Below the pieces are notes generated by a model. The model was not told where the DNA came from, ran no database searches, and worked only from the letters and a program-made list of their open reading frames with translations. This document shows positions 1 to 9,696 of a stretch of DNA of 64,000 bases, one piece after another; position 1 is the first letter of the stretch, and every line of letters starts with the position of its first letter. A program made the position numbers and the translations under genes. The stretch spans positions 1 through 64,000 of the forward strand of contig DATMBG010000034.1 in assembly GCA_035559535.1 (NCBI GenBank). Direction: 5' to 3'. Source of the DNA: Candidatus Limnocylindrales bacterium. GTDB lineage: Bacteria > Moduliflexota > Moduliflexia > Moduliflexales > JAUQPW01.

Positions 1-151
1 CTATCCGGACAAGATTCCCAACTTTGTGGCCAGTCAGACTGGGGCCAAGGTTTACATGCTTCCGGCCCATGTGGAGGGGGTACCTGAGGCTAAGGATTAT
101 TTTGCTTTGTTTGATTATTTGATCGCCAAGCTCAATGAAGCCATAAGATAA
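1..151 (+). CDS. C-terminal end of a probable metal ABC transporter substrate-binding protein (ZnuA/TroA-like), partial
   Basis: Frame 2 reads YPDKIPNFVASQTGAKVYMLPAHVEGVPEAKDYFALFDYLIAKLNEAIR*, resembling TroA-family C-termini; stop at 149-151. Confidence 0.55.
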   Translation, partial: YPDKIPNFVASQTGAKVYMLPAHVEGVPEAKDYFALFDYLIAKLNEAIR

Positions 152-203
152 ATGAAACTGGGAGGTGTAGGAGAAAAGTATCTACTCTCCTACTCTGATA
201 AGA

Positions 204-1133
204 TTGGAAGAAATAGCCGAAGCCGCACAGATCGCCTGTTTGCTAGAGGTAAGTGCAACTAAACCGGGTAATGTAAATCGGTTTTATAATTTTAAAGATA
301 CCCGGTACGAGGATTTTCTTTTAAGTGCTGTTGCCCTAGGTGGAGCGTTTCGAGAGATTGATAAAGCCACTGTAGGAGAAACGATTTTAAAGGCTGTCCG
401 CTCAACCCGTAAATACGTAAAGACCAATACCAATCTGGGAATGATTTTGCTATTTGCCCCTATTGCTAAAGCCTATGCTCTGGGAAGAACAGGAGAATGG
501 AAAACTGGAGGAATGGAGGAACGGGAGAGCGGGTACCTGGTAACGCCCTCCCCGCCCTCTTACTCTGCCCGGGAACTACGTACTGACCTTGCAAAGGTCT
601 TAAATTCTCTGACGGTGGAGGATGCGAGAAATGCATACGAAGCGATTCGATTGGCCAATCCGGGAGGGATGGGAAAGGTAACAGACCACGATATCCGTGA
701 AGAAGTTCAGGTGTCCCTGTTGGAAGCTATGGCGGCAGCAGCTCATCGAGACTCCATCGCGAGGGAATATACAAGCCGGTTTGAAATTACCTTTCATCTG
801 GGATATCCTACCCTGCAACGCTATTTTACAGAAACCCGGGATCTTGAAAAGTCTATCGTCCAAACTTATCTGACTCTTCTTTCTGAAATTCCCGATACTC
901 TGATCACCAGAAAACAGGGGCTGGATGTGTCGCAGAATGTTATGACGAGAGCCAGAGAAGTTTTACAGGCCGGAGGAATCTTCTCGGAAGTTGGAAGGCA
1001 GAAATTGCAAGAACTGGACAAATTCCTCCGAAGTCGAGATAATCAACTCAATCCCGGCACTACCGCCGATTTGACAGCAGCCGCCCTGTTTGTTATTTTT
1101 TTATTAAATGGAAAGATACTACAAATGCTCTAA
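204..1133 (+). CDS. Triphosphoribosyl-dephospho-CoA synthase (CitG) family protein, archaeal/methanopterin-cluster type
   Basis: LLEVSATKPGNV, NTNLG, PDTLITRK and NPGTTADL motifs. Confidence 0.85.
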   Translation: MEEIAEAAQIACLLEVSATKPGNVNRFYNFKDTRYEDFLLSAVALGGAFREIDKATVGETILKAVRSTRKYVKTNTNLGMILLFAPIAKAYALGRTGEWKTGGMEERESGYLVTPSPPSYSARELRTDLAKVLNSLTVEDARNAYEAIRLANPGGMGKVTDHDIREEVQVSLLEAMAAAAHRDSIAREYTSRFEITFHLGYPTLQRYFTETRDLEKSIVQTYLTLLSEIPDTLITRKQGLDVSQNVMTRAREVLQAGGIFSEVGRQKLQELDKFLRSRDNQLNPGTTADLTAAALFVIFLLNGKILQML

Positions 1134-1632
1134 ATGCTGGAACGAGTTTGATTATACAGAAGTACCTGAAAAGAAAAATCCAGTGGAAGAACTTCAACTG
1201 GAAGCCTGTCCCTATTGTGGAGCGAAGGAAAGCCTTCAGGAGCTACTCACAGGTAGAACGCCCATTCTCCAAACCATAACCCATTTTTTCAAAACGCCCT
1301 CGACTTTCATAGAGGGAGAGAACATCCACTACGTTGAGAAGGTTTTTTCGGAACAGAATCGACTCATCCTTAAGCTCTTCACACCCCTGGGTCCTGAGAG
1401 TGAAGAAGTTCAACTCGATGAGCTGATCCTGCAGAGAAAGGATCCGGACGGATATAAATCCATGGGTCGTCTGGCCAAAGTAGGAAAAATTCTCTATGTA
1501 GATCCTATCCAGGATCCGGTTACCCAGGCCTCTTATTTGGCTCTTAAAATCGAAAAGCAGAGTTGGGAAACGGTGATGATCCTCCGGCTGGAACTTTATC
1601 CAGATGGGAGTTTTTTTGTACACTTTGAATAA
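1108..1632 (+). CDS. Hypothetical protein with N-terminal zinc ribbon
   Basis: CSKC...CPYC motif; overlaps the 3' end of the citG-like gene. Confidence 0.6.
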   Translation: MERYYKCSKCWNEFDYTEVPEKKNPVEELQLEACPYCGAKESLQELLTGRTPILQTITHFFKTPSTFIEGENIHYVEKVFSEQNRLILKLFTPLGPESEEVQLDELILQRKDPDGYKSMGRLAKVGKILYVDPIQDPVTQASYLALKIEKQSWETVMILRLELYPDGSFFVHFE

Positions 1633-1697
1633 AAACTGTCTGTTGTCCGAGGTTTGTTGTCGGTACTTCGGGTTATGACTCCAATTGTTTTAAACGA

Positions 1698-2588
1698 TTG
1701 ATTAAAATCGTTACGGCGAAGCGACAAGGGACCCTGGACCATAGACGATGGATTACATTGTTGTCGGAACTTAAATGCCGAGAATATACGATTCCCCTAA
1801 ATCGTCCTAAGATTATGGGTATTCTCAACGTAACCCCGGATTCTTTTTCCGACGCCGGACAATTTCTCGATCTTGGGAGGGCCCTGGAACACGCCCATCG
1901 AATGGCCGAAGAAGGAGCCGATATTCTGGATATTGGAGGGGCTTCAACCCGGCCTGGAGCCGAGCCGGTTTCTATAGAGGTAGAGCTTCAACGAGTTTTG
2001 CCGGTGATCCAACGACTTATCCATACGATTAAAATTCCTATTTCTATCGACACCTACCAACCGGAAGTGGCCAAAATCTGTTTACAAGAAGGGGTCCATA
2101 TGGTTAATGATGTAACGGGATTGAGAAATCCGGCCATGCGGGAGGTGGTTGCCGAATTTCAGGTCCCTGCAGTTATCATGCACATGTTGGGAGAGCCCAA
2201 GACCATGCAAAAAAACCCCTACTATGAGAATGTTATCGAGGATATTAAGAAGTTTCTAGGGGAGCAGGTTCGACAGGCGAAATCAGAAGGTATTGAACAG
2301 GTCATTGTAGATCCGGGAATTGGATTTGGGAAAACCCTGCATCATAATCTCGAAATTATTCGAAATTTAAAAGCTTTTAAGTCCCTGGATTGTCCCCTTC
2401 TGCTGGGTACTTCTCGGAAAACCTTTATTGGAAAGATTACCGGTGTAGAGAATCCCCAGGACCGATTGGAAGGAACAATTGTGACCAATATTATCGGGAT
2501 TATGAATGGGGCCGATATAATTCGGGTCCACGATGTAAAGGCTTGTAAGCGGGCCATCCAGGTTTATGAAGCCATATTTTTCCCCTGA
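1698..2588 (+). CDS. folP: Dihydropteroate synthase (true start probably ~60 nt downstream)
   Basis: MGILNVTPDSFSD, DIGGASTRPG, DPGIGFGK, SRK and IIRVHDV motifs. Confidence 0.95.
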   Translation: MIKIVTAKRQGTLDHRRWITLLSELKCREYTIPLNRPKIMGILNVTPDSFSDAGQFLDLGRALEHAHRMAEEGADILDIGGASTRPGAEPVSIEVELQRVLPVIQRLIHTIKIPISIDTYQPEVAKICLQEGVHMVNDVTGLRNPAMREVVAEFQVPAVIMHMLGEPKTMQKNPYYENVIEDIKKFLGEQVRQAKSEGIEQVIVDPGIGFGKTLHHNLEIIRNLKAFKSLDCPLLLGTSRKTFIGKITGVENPQDRLEGTIVTNIIGIMNGADIIRVHDVKACKRAIQVYEAIFFP

Positions 2589-3070
2589 TAAGGCTTCACC
2601 TCATGAAAATCCTTTAATTCTTGCCTCAACTCTAACACTGTCTTTTTGAAGATGGGATGTATCCAGGTTGGATTCAGTTCAGCCAGGGGAATCAGTACAA
2701 ACCCACGCTCATGGAGTCTGGGATGAGGAATTTCCAGATCAGCTTCCCTGAGAATCAAGTCGTTGTAGAAAAGGAGATCCAGATCGATAACCCGGGGCCC
2801 CCATTTGATGAGGTAGGTACGGCCCATCCCCCTTTCTATTTCTTTACATCTAAGGAAAACCTCTCGGGGAGGTAAGGAGGTTTTAATTTCTACAACACAA
2901 TTTATAAACCAGTCTTGATGCGCATACCCTACCGGTTCGGTATAATATAGGGAAGAAATCTTGCTAACTTCGATCCCCGGTGTAGCCTGGAGTTGATGGA
3001 TTGCTTCCTGGCAGTTTCTGACTTTGTCCCCTACATTGGAACCGATTCCGACATAAGCTGTTGTCTCCAT
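2564..3070 (-). CDS. folK: 2-amino-4-hydroxy-6-hydroxymethyldihydropteridine diphosphokinase
   Basis: GIGSNVG, WFINCV, WGPRVIDLDLL and PHPRLHERGFVLIPL motifs. Confidence 0.95.
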   Translation of the reverse strand: METTAYVGIGSNVGDKVRNCQEAIHQLQATPGIEVSKISSLYYTEPVGYAHQDWFINCVVEIKTSLPPREVFLRCKEIERGMGRTYLIKWGPRVIDLDLLFYNDLILREADLEIPHPRLHERGFVLIPLAELNPTWIHPIFKKTVLELRQELKDFHEVKPYQGKNMAS

Positions 3071-3110
3071 TGAGATATGAAAACCCGGGAGAGATCCGGA
3101 GGTTGGGTTA

Positions 3111-4085
3111 CTACTCCCGACCCTCTATGATCTCCACCCCGGTATTCTGCCCATGGACGGGGAAGAGAGTCGCTCTAACTTTCCCATGGAGAAATTCCTC
3201 GACCTTAGAGGCCAGTTCCTGTGCCTGCTCGTTTCCTTTTACCAGGCCGTAAACGGTCGGACCCCAGGAGCTTTGCCCGGCTCCGGCGGCTCCGCAAGCC
3301 AGCATATATTCAATCAGTTGCTCACAGATCTTATCTGCAAATAATCCCCCCTGGACGGTCTCGAAATAACTTCCTACGAGTTTCTGGATCTGGGTTAAAG
3401 CTTCACCGAAAACTTTTAAATTTTCTTCGATCAAAGCCGGTAGCATTTGCATGACCAGAATTCTACAGACTTCCCCAACCCGGTAAGGAGAGACAGGAAG
3501 AAGCTGTTCAAAGGCCCGTTGTTCTTTTTCCCCACTTAAACCTTTCTGGATTTCAGGAATAACAACTAAAAACATCCAGTTTTCGGGGAAAGGATATCGG
3601 AAAAGGATCGGAGGAGGGGAAATGTCTCTTTGATGGGGGGGAGGAGTCCGGGGATGTCCTCCATCGACTAAAAACCCGCCCTGGGTAAAGGCTCCAATCC
3701 CGATTCCCGAGCGACAACCCCGTACCATGACTCTGGCCAGTTCCGGGATAGGGATGTCCTTTTGAAAGAATTTAGCCAAACCGAAAGCCACCGCCAGGGA
3801 TAACTGAGTCCCAGACCCCAATCCCACATGCTCAGGAATTCTCTCCTTAAGATGAACCTTCACCGGCTCTTTAATATTATAATGATGGAGAAATCGCCTG
3901 ACCAGAACTTCCACTTTACCGGTGGTATCTCCCTGGATCATCAACTCCCCGGCTTCGGATATTTCTAAAACTATTCCCGGCTTGTGAATAGTTACACCAA
4001 TACTACCGAAGATCCGATTTAAAGAACCGTTTAAGTCCAGTAATCCCAGATGAAGCCGGGAAGGTGTTTTAAGAGTTAAAGTCAT
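3111..4085 (-). CDS. mptG: Beta-ribofuranosylaminobenzene 5'-phosphate (RFAP) synthase, GHMP family
   Basis: TPSRLHLG, HVGLGSGTQL, SGIGIGAF..GGFLVDGG and GQSSWGPT motifs; ATG at 4085 preferred over the upstream GTG. Confidence 0.9.
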   Translation of the reverse strand: MTLTLKTPSRLHLGLLDLNGSLNRIFGSIGVTIHKPGIVLEISEAGELMIQGDTTGKVEVLVRRFLHHYNIKEPVKVHLKERIPEHVGLGSGTQLSLAVAFGLAKFFQKDIPIPELARVMVRGCRSGIGIGAFTQGGFLVDGGHPRTPPPHQRDISPPPILFRYPFPENWMFLVVIPEIQKGLSGEKEQRAFEQLLPVSPYRVGEVCRILVMQMLPALIEENLKVFGEALTQIQKLVGSYFETVQGGLFADKICEQLIEYMLACGAAGAGQSSWGPTVYGLVKGNEQAQELASKVEEFLHGKVRATLFPVHGQNTGVEIIEGRE

Positions 4086-4190
4086 TTTGAAATCTGGCTT
4101 ATCCTTTCCTATCGGAGAGTATAGGGGTATCACCTCTATACTCCCACGACCCTTCTAAGCCCCCCTGGAAGGGTCTTCAAGGCCATCTTT

Positions 4191-4760
4191 CTAAGTCACT
4201 ACGGCTTCCGTATTTGCAGCCTGCCGGACGTAGTTCATAAGATACTCCATGGCCTGTTCCTCCTGAAGCCCACCGGTCTTTTTAACAATGACGGCAAACT
4301 CTTCAAATTTCTCTAAAATCTTTTCTACTCCAATAAACCTGATCCGCGTGGCTAAAATAGCTGCCTCGATAATAGCATTCTTGGCCCGATTAAACCCGAT
4401 AAAATCCCGGATCCGACCTCTTTTAACAATCCGGGTTGTAAACCTTGCACGTTCACTGCTACAATCCACTTCCGATACCACAAACTCATAATAGTAGCAC
4501 GTATCCTTCAGCACGAAACCCTGAATACATTCTGCCGGAAAACTCTCGAACTGTGGGGATGATACCGCACTTTCGGCAAAAATTAATACATTATCTGTAA
4601 TATGAACAACCCCCTGGCGCGTAGCCAGGAGATTTCGATAGGTAGTTCCTTCCTTATAAGGTCGGATGATAATCCTATCCTCTTCTAGCACAACCCCCAT
4701 GGGGGCAAAATTGACCTGACCTTGCTCGTTGATGGTTGAAACAATAGTTTCAGTAATCAC
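4191..4760 (-). CDS. DUF447 family protein (split-barrel, methanopterin-cluster associated)
   Basis: ETIVST...NFAPMGV, TYRNL and FNRAKNAIIEAAILATR motifs. Confidence 0.85.
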   Translation of the reverse strand: MITETIVSTINEQGQVNFAPMGVVLEEDRIIIRPYKEGTTYRNLLATRQGVVHITDNVLIFAESAVSSPQFESFPAECIQGFVLKDTCYYYEFVVSEVDCSSERARFTTRIVKRGRIRDFIGFNRAKNAIIEAAILATRIRFIGVEKILEKFEEFAVIVKKTGGLQEEQAMEYLMNYVRQAANTEAVVT

Positions 4761-5871
4761 AAATCTTCAAAAAATCTGACCGGTTATTTCCTACTACCAG
4801 GCGAAAGTAAGAATCTCCCCGTATATCCTCGACCCATTCCAGGGTCCCCTGGGCCTGAATGACCTCTCCCTTACGAGCTCCACAGAACCGACCCCGGTAA
4901 GAAATCAGTTCTTGAAGAGAATCCAGACCCTTTTGAAAGCTAAAAAAGGAAGGGGAAAAGGTATCAGAAAATGGAAGCGGTTTCCTTTCTATCCACCGAA
5001 CACGACGAACGACGAGGGGATAGCGACAGGGTGTAAACAGCGCTTCCTCATCATTCTGAACTATGCCTTCAACCCAGGCCGTTCCCATAGGGGTATACAC
5101 GCAGTCTTCATATCTTTCCGTGATCTCATCCCTATCCTTTAACAATCGAATATAGAAATCAAGAGTTTGTTGGGCCGAAGGAATACCTTTACATACTTTT
5201 CCTACTTCAAACTTACCTTGAAGCCGCTTCCGCCGTTCAAACTTTACGAATTCTTCAAAGGAAAGAGCCGTATCTTGGGATCGAAATTCCCACAATTTCC
5301 TCAATTCCTCCGGTCGATAGGGACGTATGGGACTATCCGGATTTTGAAAAAGCTTCGCCATGCCTTCGTAGACCTTAAGACCCTGTTGAGAGCCATAAAC
5401 AATCCAATCAAGGTCCGACCGGGGTGTGGCCAGTCCCACAAGAAATGAACCTGAGATACCCAGGGCCGTAAGAGGGATTTGGGATGCCTCCTGGAGGATC
5501 CTGACGAAACTCCTTAGAATTTCTCCATGGGGTTGAGAAATTGCAGATTCTTCGTTCATAACCTCCCACAGATATTCTTGAGGTCGATATATTTTCCCTA
5601 TACGCTCGTGAGGAACAGCTTGAAGAATGGTATCCTGGATCCGTTGATCCTGATAAAGATAATGGGGAAATTTCTCCTTTAATATCTGATAGCGATCGTT
5701 CAATGCATAGACCTTTTTATAACGAACTCCGTTTCGAAGGCGAGTCCCGTCTGGATCAGGGAAGTAGCGGAGAAAGGCGATCACATGGGTTTTGGGATGG
5801 ACGAACCCCTTGACATCAAAAATAAGATGTTCCACGGTCTCTATAAAATCACCTTCCCGGGCCGATATCAT
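4750..5871 (-). CDS. Predicted archaeal-type nucleotidyltransferase (COG1665-like)
   Basis: GISGSFLVGL...SDLDWIVYG Pol-beta-type motif; N-terminal FDVKGFVHP...AFLRY; C-terminal SYRGRF..GE. Confidence 0.75.
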   Translation of the reverse strand: MISAREGDFIETVEHLIFDVKGFVHPKTHVIAFLRYFPDPDGTRLRNGVRYKKVYALNDRYQILKEKFPHYLYQDQRIQDTILQAVPHERIGKIYRPQEYLWEVMNEESAISQPHGEILRSFVRILQEASQIPLTALGISGSFLVGLATPRSDLDWIVYGSQQGLKVYEGMAKLFQNPDSPIRPYRPEELRKLWEFRSQDTALSFEEFVKFERRKRLQGKFEVGKVCKGIPSAQQTLDFYIRLLKDRDEITERYEDCVYTPMGTAWVEGIVQNDEEALFTPCRYPLVVRRVRWIERKPLPFSDTFSPSFFSFQKGLDSLQELISYRGRFCGARKGEVIQAQGTLEWVEDIRGDSYFRLVVGNNRSDFLKICDY

Positions 5872-5914
5872 AGAGGTATCCCTAAACCTTGAGCGAAATA
5901 ATTATTCCTCGATC

Positions 5915-5966
5915 ACGCTTAACAGTAAATCCAGTCCAGTACGCTTAACAGTAAATCCAGTCCAGT
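5915..5966. repeat. Perfect 26-bp tandem duplication covering the DUF1464 stop codon
   Basis: ACGCTTAACAGTAAATCCAGTCCAGT at 5915-5940 and 5941-5966. Confidence 0.95.
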
Positions 5967-6922
5967 ACATGTTCATGGGCTTCTTTGATACCCAGATGGG
6001 TCACAATATTTTCAAATATACCGCCTTCGATCCCATTGGCTATAATGGCGGCTCCTATGGCCGATTCGAAACCTTCTTTATCATTTTGTAATATCCGGGT
6101 AGGATAACGATGGCCTAATTTTTCCTGGACCCACCGTTTATTTCTTCCCGTTAAAAGAATAGAATCCATGTGATAGAAATGCATAAAGGCCAGGAGTTCC
6201 TTTTCCAGGCTTTCCCAGAATGCTTTCTCTCCATACCCGGGGAATTTCTCTTCGAGATCCAGGAATCCTCCCCTGTAAATTTGGGCTTTGGTATTAAAAT
6301 TATAAAGATATGCCAGCTCCCCATCAATACTTCCACGACTTTTGGGTCCCATACAACCCGCCGTACCACCCAAGGCATCGATAATCTGACCGTCCTTTAC
6401 CACAAGTAAACAGGTAAAAGCATATCCTACTTCCAGCATCAGAAAATTCATGCCCTGAAAGCCTCTGCTATAGGAAGAATCCTCGAGGGAAGCATCTTCC
6501 AGCAGTATTTTCTCAACAAACGCAATGGAGCAGAGTTTATCTGAAGTTCCCAGGTCAATTTTATTGATTTTACGATATACGGGAATGGAAGGAAGAAGTT
6601 TAACAGCAGGGATACAATAAGCCTGGATATTTCTCGGTTTGAGGATTTCTAAAAATCTACCCAATCCCAATTCCCGAGGCTCTCCTTTTTTGAGGGTCAT
6701 CTCAAAAATATCCTGCTCCTGAATCTCCTGAACTTTCTTAAGGGGAATACCGAATCCCGAAGGAAGAACTATGGGAAGCGACGGATATCTGGCGACTATC
6801 TCATCCAGATAGGATAAAACCTGTAGGCTATCCTCAAATTCCCGAAGGTCTTTAACTTTTCTCCCTTCAAGGAGAGCTACTTTCCAGGATTTCGTGCCGT
6901 AATCAATACCCAAAGAGTACAA
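5945..6922 (-). CDS. DUF1464 family protein (ASKHA/butyrate-kinase-like, mainly archaeal)
   Basis: GIDYGTKS, PSGFGIPL, RKINKIDLGTSDK, GQIIDALGGT and DGELAY motifs. Confidence 0.85.
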   Translation of the reverse strand: MYSLGIDYGTKSWKVALLEGRKVKDLREFEDSLQVLSYLDEIVARYPSLPIVLPSGFGIPLKKVQEIQEQDIFEMTLKKGEPRELGLGRFLEILKPRNIQAYCIPAVKLLPSIPVYRKINKIDLGTSDKLCSIAFVEKILLEDASLEDSSYSRGFQGMNFLMLEVGYAFTCLLVVKDGQIIDALGGTAGCMGPKSRGSIDGELAYLYNFNTKAQIYRGGFLDLEEKFPGYGEKAFWESLEKELLAFMHFYHMDSILLTGRNKRWVQEKLGHRYPTRILQNDKEGFESAIGAAIIANGIEGGIFENIVTHLGIKEAHEHVLDWIYC

Positions 6923-6996
6923 AACTGCAGGAGGTGGGGAGTGGGCAAGGGTCCACTTTGGATCTTACTGCACCCCGCTCAGGTCCCACCTGTTTA

Positions 6997-7350
6997 TTAC
7001 GAAGAAGTTCGGACAATCTCCACCCCTACATAGTTTGCATTTTTAAGTACAAACTTCTTAACCCGAATTAAGACTTTTTTCGTTGGATACTTGCTTAAAA
7101 TAAAATGGGCTATTTCTTCTGCAACGGTTTCAATAAGGTGAAACTCTCTATTTTCTAGAAATGCCATGACACTTCGATAAACCTCAGAATAGCTGATAGT
7201 TTTCTTGACATCGTCTTCGCGAGCCGCCGCACTGAAATCTCCATAGATTTCCAGATCAATCAGCAACTTTTGCTTTCGGGATCTTTCAGAATCCGAGACT
7301 CCTACCCGGCCTTTGTAGAGTAATTCTTTAATGATAATTTTATCTTCCAT
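6997..7350 (-). CDS. folB: Dihydroneopterin aldolase
   Basis: GV...ER...Q, DD..KTISY, F.LIETVAEEIA and VGVEI motifs. Confidence 0.9.
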   Translation of the reverse strand: MEDKIIIKELLYKGRVGVSDSERSRKQKLLIDLEIYGDFSAAAREDDVKKTISYSEVYRSVMAFLENREFHLIETVAEEIAHFILSKYPTKKVLIRVKKFVLKNANYVGVEIVRTSS

Positions 7351-7358
7351 AAAAACCA

Positions 7359-8687
7359 CTAAACCTCATCTTCATTTAAATATCCCCATCGTAGTTCTTC
7401 CTCTTGAATAAATTTCTTGCGCAACTTCAAAGCAATCTTGGCCTTCATAAGTTCCTGACCCAGATAAAAAGCATGGGAAGGATCTCCCCGGATGTCCAGT
7501 TGGGAGAAGATTCTCTGAATATCGGTATCTTTGATAAAGGTTGTGGCATTAAAGACATAGATATATTGCCCATCAATAAAAATCCTGAAATTTCGATCCT
7601 TGATAAGACTTTGCATTTCCAGCATTTCTGCTTCTGAAAGATAATCCGTTTTTCGATCCTTAATGGTCAAAAGGCTATCATCGAGGTCTTTGGGGAGCCT
7701 GTTATTCTTATAGGTATAGTACATGAGCCTTCGGGCTTTATCTATCTCCCGAACAGAACCCCGGGCCCAGTTGGCTACTTCGGTTGTCAGGACATAGTTG
7801 ATATTCAACTCGGTCATAAATCCCACACAAAGTGCATTAATTCCGGTACTATCGGCGTCGGTCAACTCGGTAATATTGCCTAAACCCATGAGCATTTCGG
7901 CGGAAGGATATTTCTGACGAACCACATAGTAGCGATAAAAAGACTCTGCCAGGCCAAAATTGATGGGATTCAAGATGGGATCGATGATATAGTTTTTAAC
8001 CCCTTTTTTTTCTAGCTGTTCAATATTAAGATCTAGGGATTCAAGACCTGCCCCAAAATCGGGTATAACCACCGGAATACAGTTTAACTCTGAGGCTATG
8101 TCCATATTTTGGGAATTAACACTCAGCAGGTAATCCACACCGGCTTTATTAGCGGCCAAGATCTCTTTTTTATTGAAGGTATCAACACTCACCGTGAAAC
8201 CTTCTTGTTTTAGAAGGGTAATCACCTCTCCGATACCGGGGAATTCTACATCGGGTGTACATCCTACGTCAATAATATCTGCACCACTTTTTTTATAGTA
8301 ATGGGCCAGGGCTAAAATCTGTTCGGTACTCAGCAAAGGAGCATCGTTGATCTCGGCCAGGATCTTCAGTTTATATTCCCCATAGCCTATTTTCTTCTTT
8401 TTAAAACCAAAAAAATCCGGAATGTCCTTTAAATCTTTGGGGCCCTTCTCGACTTTGACTCCCAGGGCTTCTTCAATGGCCTTTATATCTACCACACACA
8501 TTCCTGAAAGGAGGATTTGATCACACTGAACCCCTTTCAAGTTCCGGATAATAAAGGGCGTCGTCATCAAAGCGGCTACACTGATTTTTAACACGGCCAC
8601 TTCATATTCAAAGTCCGGCTTCATCTCCGCTAAGGTCTCCCTCAGAGCCTTCTCGGCCAGTTTACCTGTGACGAATAAAATTTTCAT
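7359..8687 (-). CDS. DUF6513/dihydropteroate-synthase-like protein (methanopterin-type)
   Basis: LFVTGKLAE, VAALMT, GPKDLKDIP, GADIIDVG, GNITELTDADSTG and HAFYLGQEL.KA motifs. Confidence 0.85.
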   Translation of the reverse strand: MKILFVTGKLAEKALRETLAEMKPDFEYEVAVLKISVAALMTTPFIIRNLKGVQCDQILLSGMCVVDIKAIEEALGVKVEKGPKDLKDIPDFFGFKKKKIGYGEYKLKILAEINDAPLLSTEQILALAHYYKKSGADIIDVGCTPDVEFPGIGEVITLLKQEGFTVSVDTFNKKEILAANKAGVDYLLSVNSQNMDIASELNCIPVVIPDFGAGLESLDLNIEQLEKKGVKNYIIDPILNPINFGLAESFYRYYVVRQKYPSAEMLMGLGNITELTDADSTGINALCVGFMTELNINYVLTTEVANWARGSVREIDKARRLMYYTYKNNRLPKDLDDSLLTIKDRKTDYLSEAEMLEMQSLIKDRNFRIFIDGQYIYVFNATTFIKDTDIQRIFSQLDIRGDPSHAFYLGQELMKAKIALKLRKKFIQEEELRWGYLNEDEV

Positions 8688-8746
8688 TCCCTGATGGGGT
8701 CAGAAGTTCAGAAGTTAGGGTAAGGAGGCTTTTAACCTTCTAACCT

Positions 8747-9499
8747 CTAAACCCACATCCCTCCGTGTACATGAATGATTGCGCCGGTAATATATCGTGC
8801 CTTCTCTGAGATGAGAAAGCTAACCAGCTCGGCGATATCACCGGGTGCACCCAGGTATCCCAGTGGAACTAATTTTTTCCATTTCTCTTTATTTTCTTCT
8901 GAAAAGCGGGCGTATTCCTCGGTTTCGATAAAGCCGGGATTAATGGCATTCACCCGGATGTTAAATTTTCCTTCAGAACGGGCCAGATACTTTGTCATCA
9001 TCATCAGGCCGGTTTTAGCAATATAATAGGCAGGGGCCTCGAAGACGCCTATGGCCATGGGAACTTCGGCATTTAACGCTCCAATGTTGATAATGTGTCC
9101 ATTCCGACGGGCTCTCATACTTCGCAGGGCATGTTTCGTACAATAAAAGGCGCTACTTAGATTACCATCGATCATACGATACCATTCCTCATCGGTGGTA
9201 TCGAAAAGGGATCGAATTAAGTAAGGCCCTACATTGTTAACCAGAATATCCAGATGCCCAAACTGTCGGATCGTTTCCTCAACCAGATATCTTGCTTCGT
9301 CTGCCTTTGAAACATCTGCCTGGATTGCTATAGTCCCAGGAGATAAACGCTTTACTTCTTCCAGGGTACGTTCAGCCACCATTTTATTGGAACAGTAATT
9401 CAATATGGGAATGATACCGTCTCGTGCCAGTCTTAAAGCAATTTCTTTTCCAATCCCTCGGGTACTGCCGGTGATCAAAGCAATTTCTTTCTCAGACAT
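8747..9499 (-). CDS. Short-chain dehydrogenase/reductase
   Basis: TGSTRGIG, NNVG, YxxxK (YYIAK) and PGFIET motifs. Confidence 0.9.
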   Translation of the reverse strand: MSEKEIALITGSTRGIGKEIALRLARDGIIPILNYCSNKMVAERTLEEVKRLSPGTIAIQADVSKADEARYLVEETIRQFGHLDILVNNVGPYLIRSLFDTTDEEWYRMIDGNLSSAFYCTKHALRSMRARRNGHIINIGALNAEVPMAIGVFEAPAYYIAKTGLMMMTKYLARSEGKFNIRVNAINPGFIETEEYARFSEENKEKWKKLVPLGYLGAPGDIAELVSFLISEKARYITGAIIHVHGGMWV

Positions 9500-9696
9500 G
9501 AAAACGGGAGTCAGAATTCAGAATCTCTTTTGGAGGTACCGTCTACCTTCAAAAAAATCTACCCCTTAAAGAGAAAAAGTTGGAATCTCTTTGTTTCACC
9601 CTCTCCTTTTCTCTTTCAGGGGTCGTTTCTTCTAAACTAACCTCCCTTCCCGACGTGGGAAAGGAGAACCCGGGGATGGCCTGGGGCTTAACTCTT

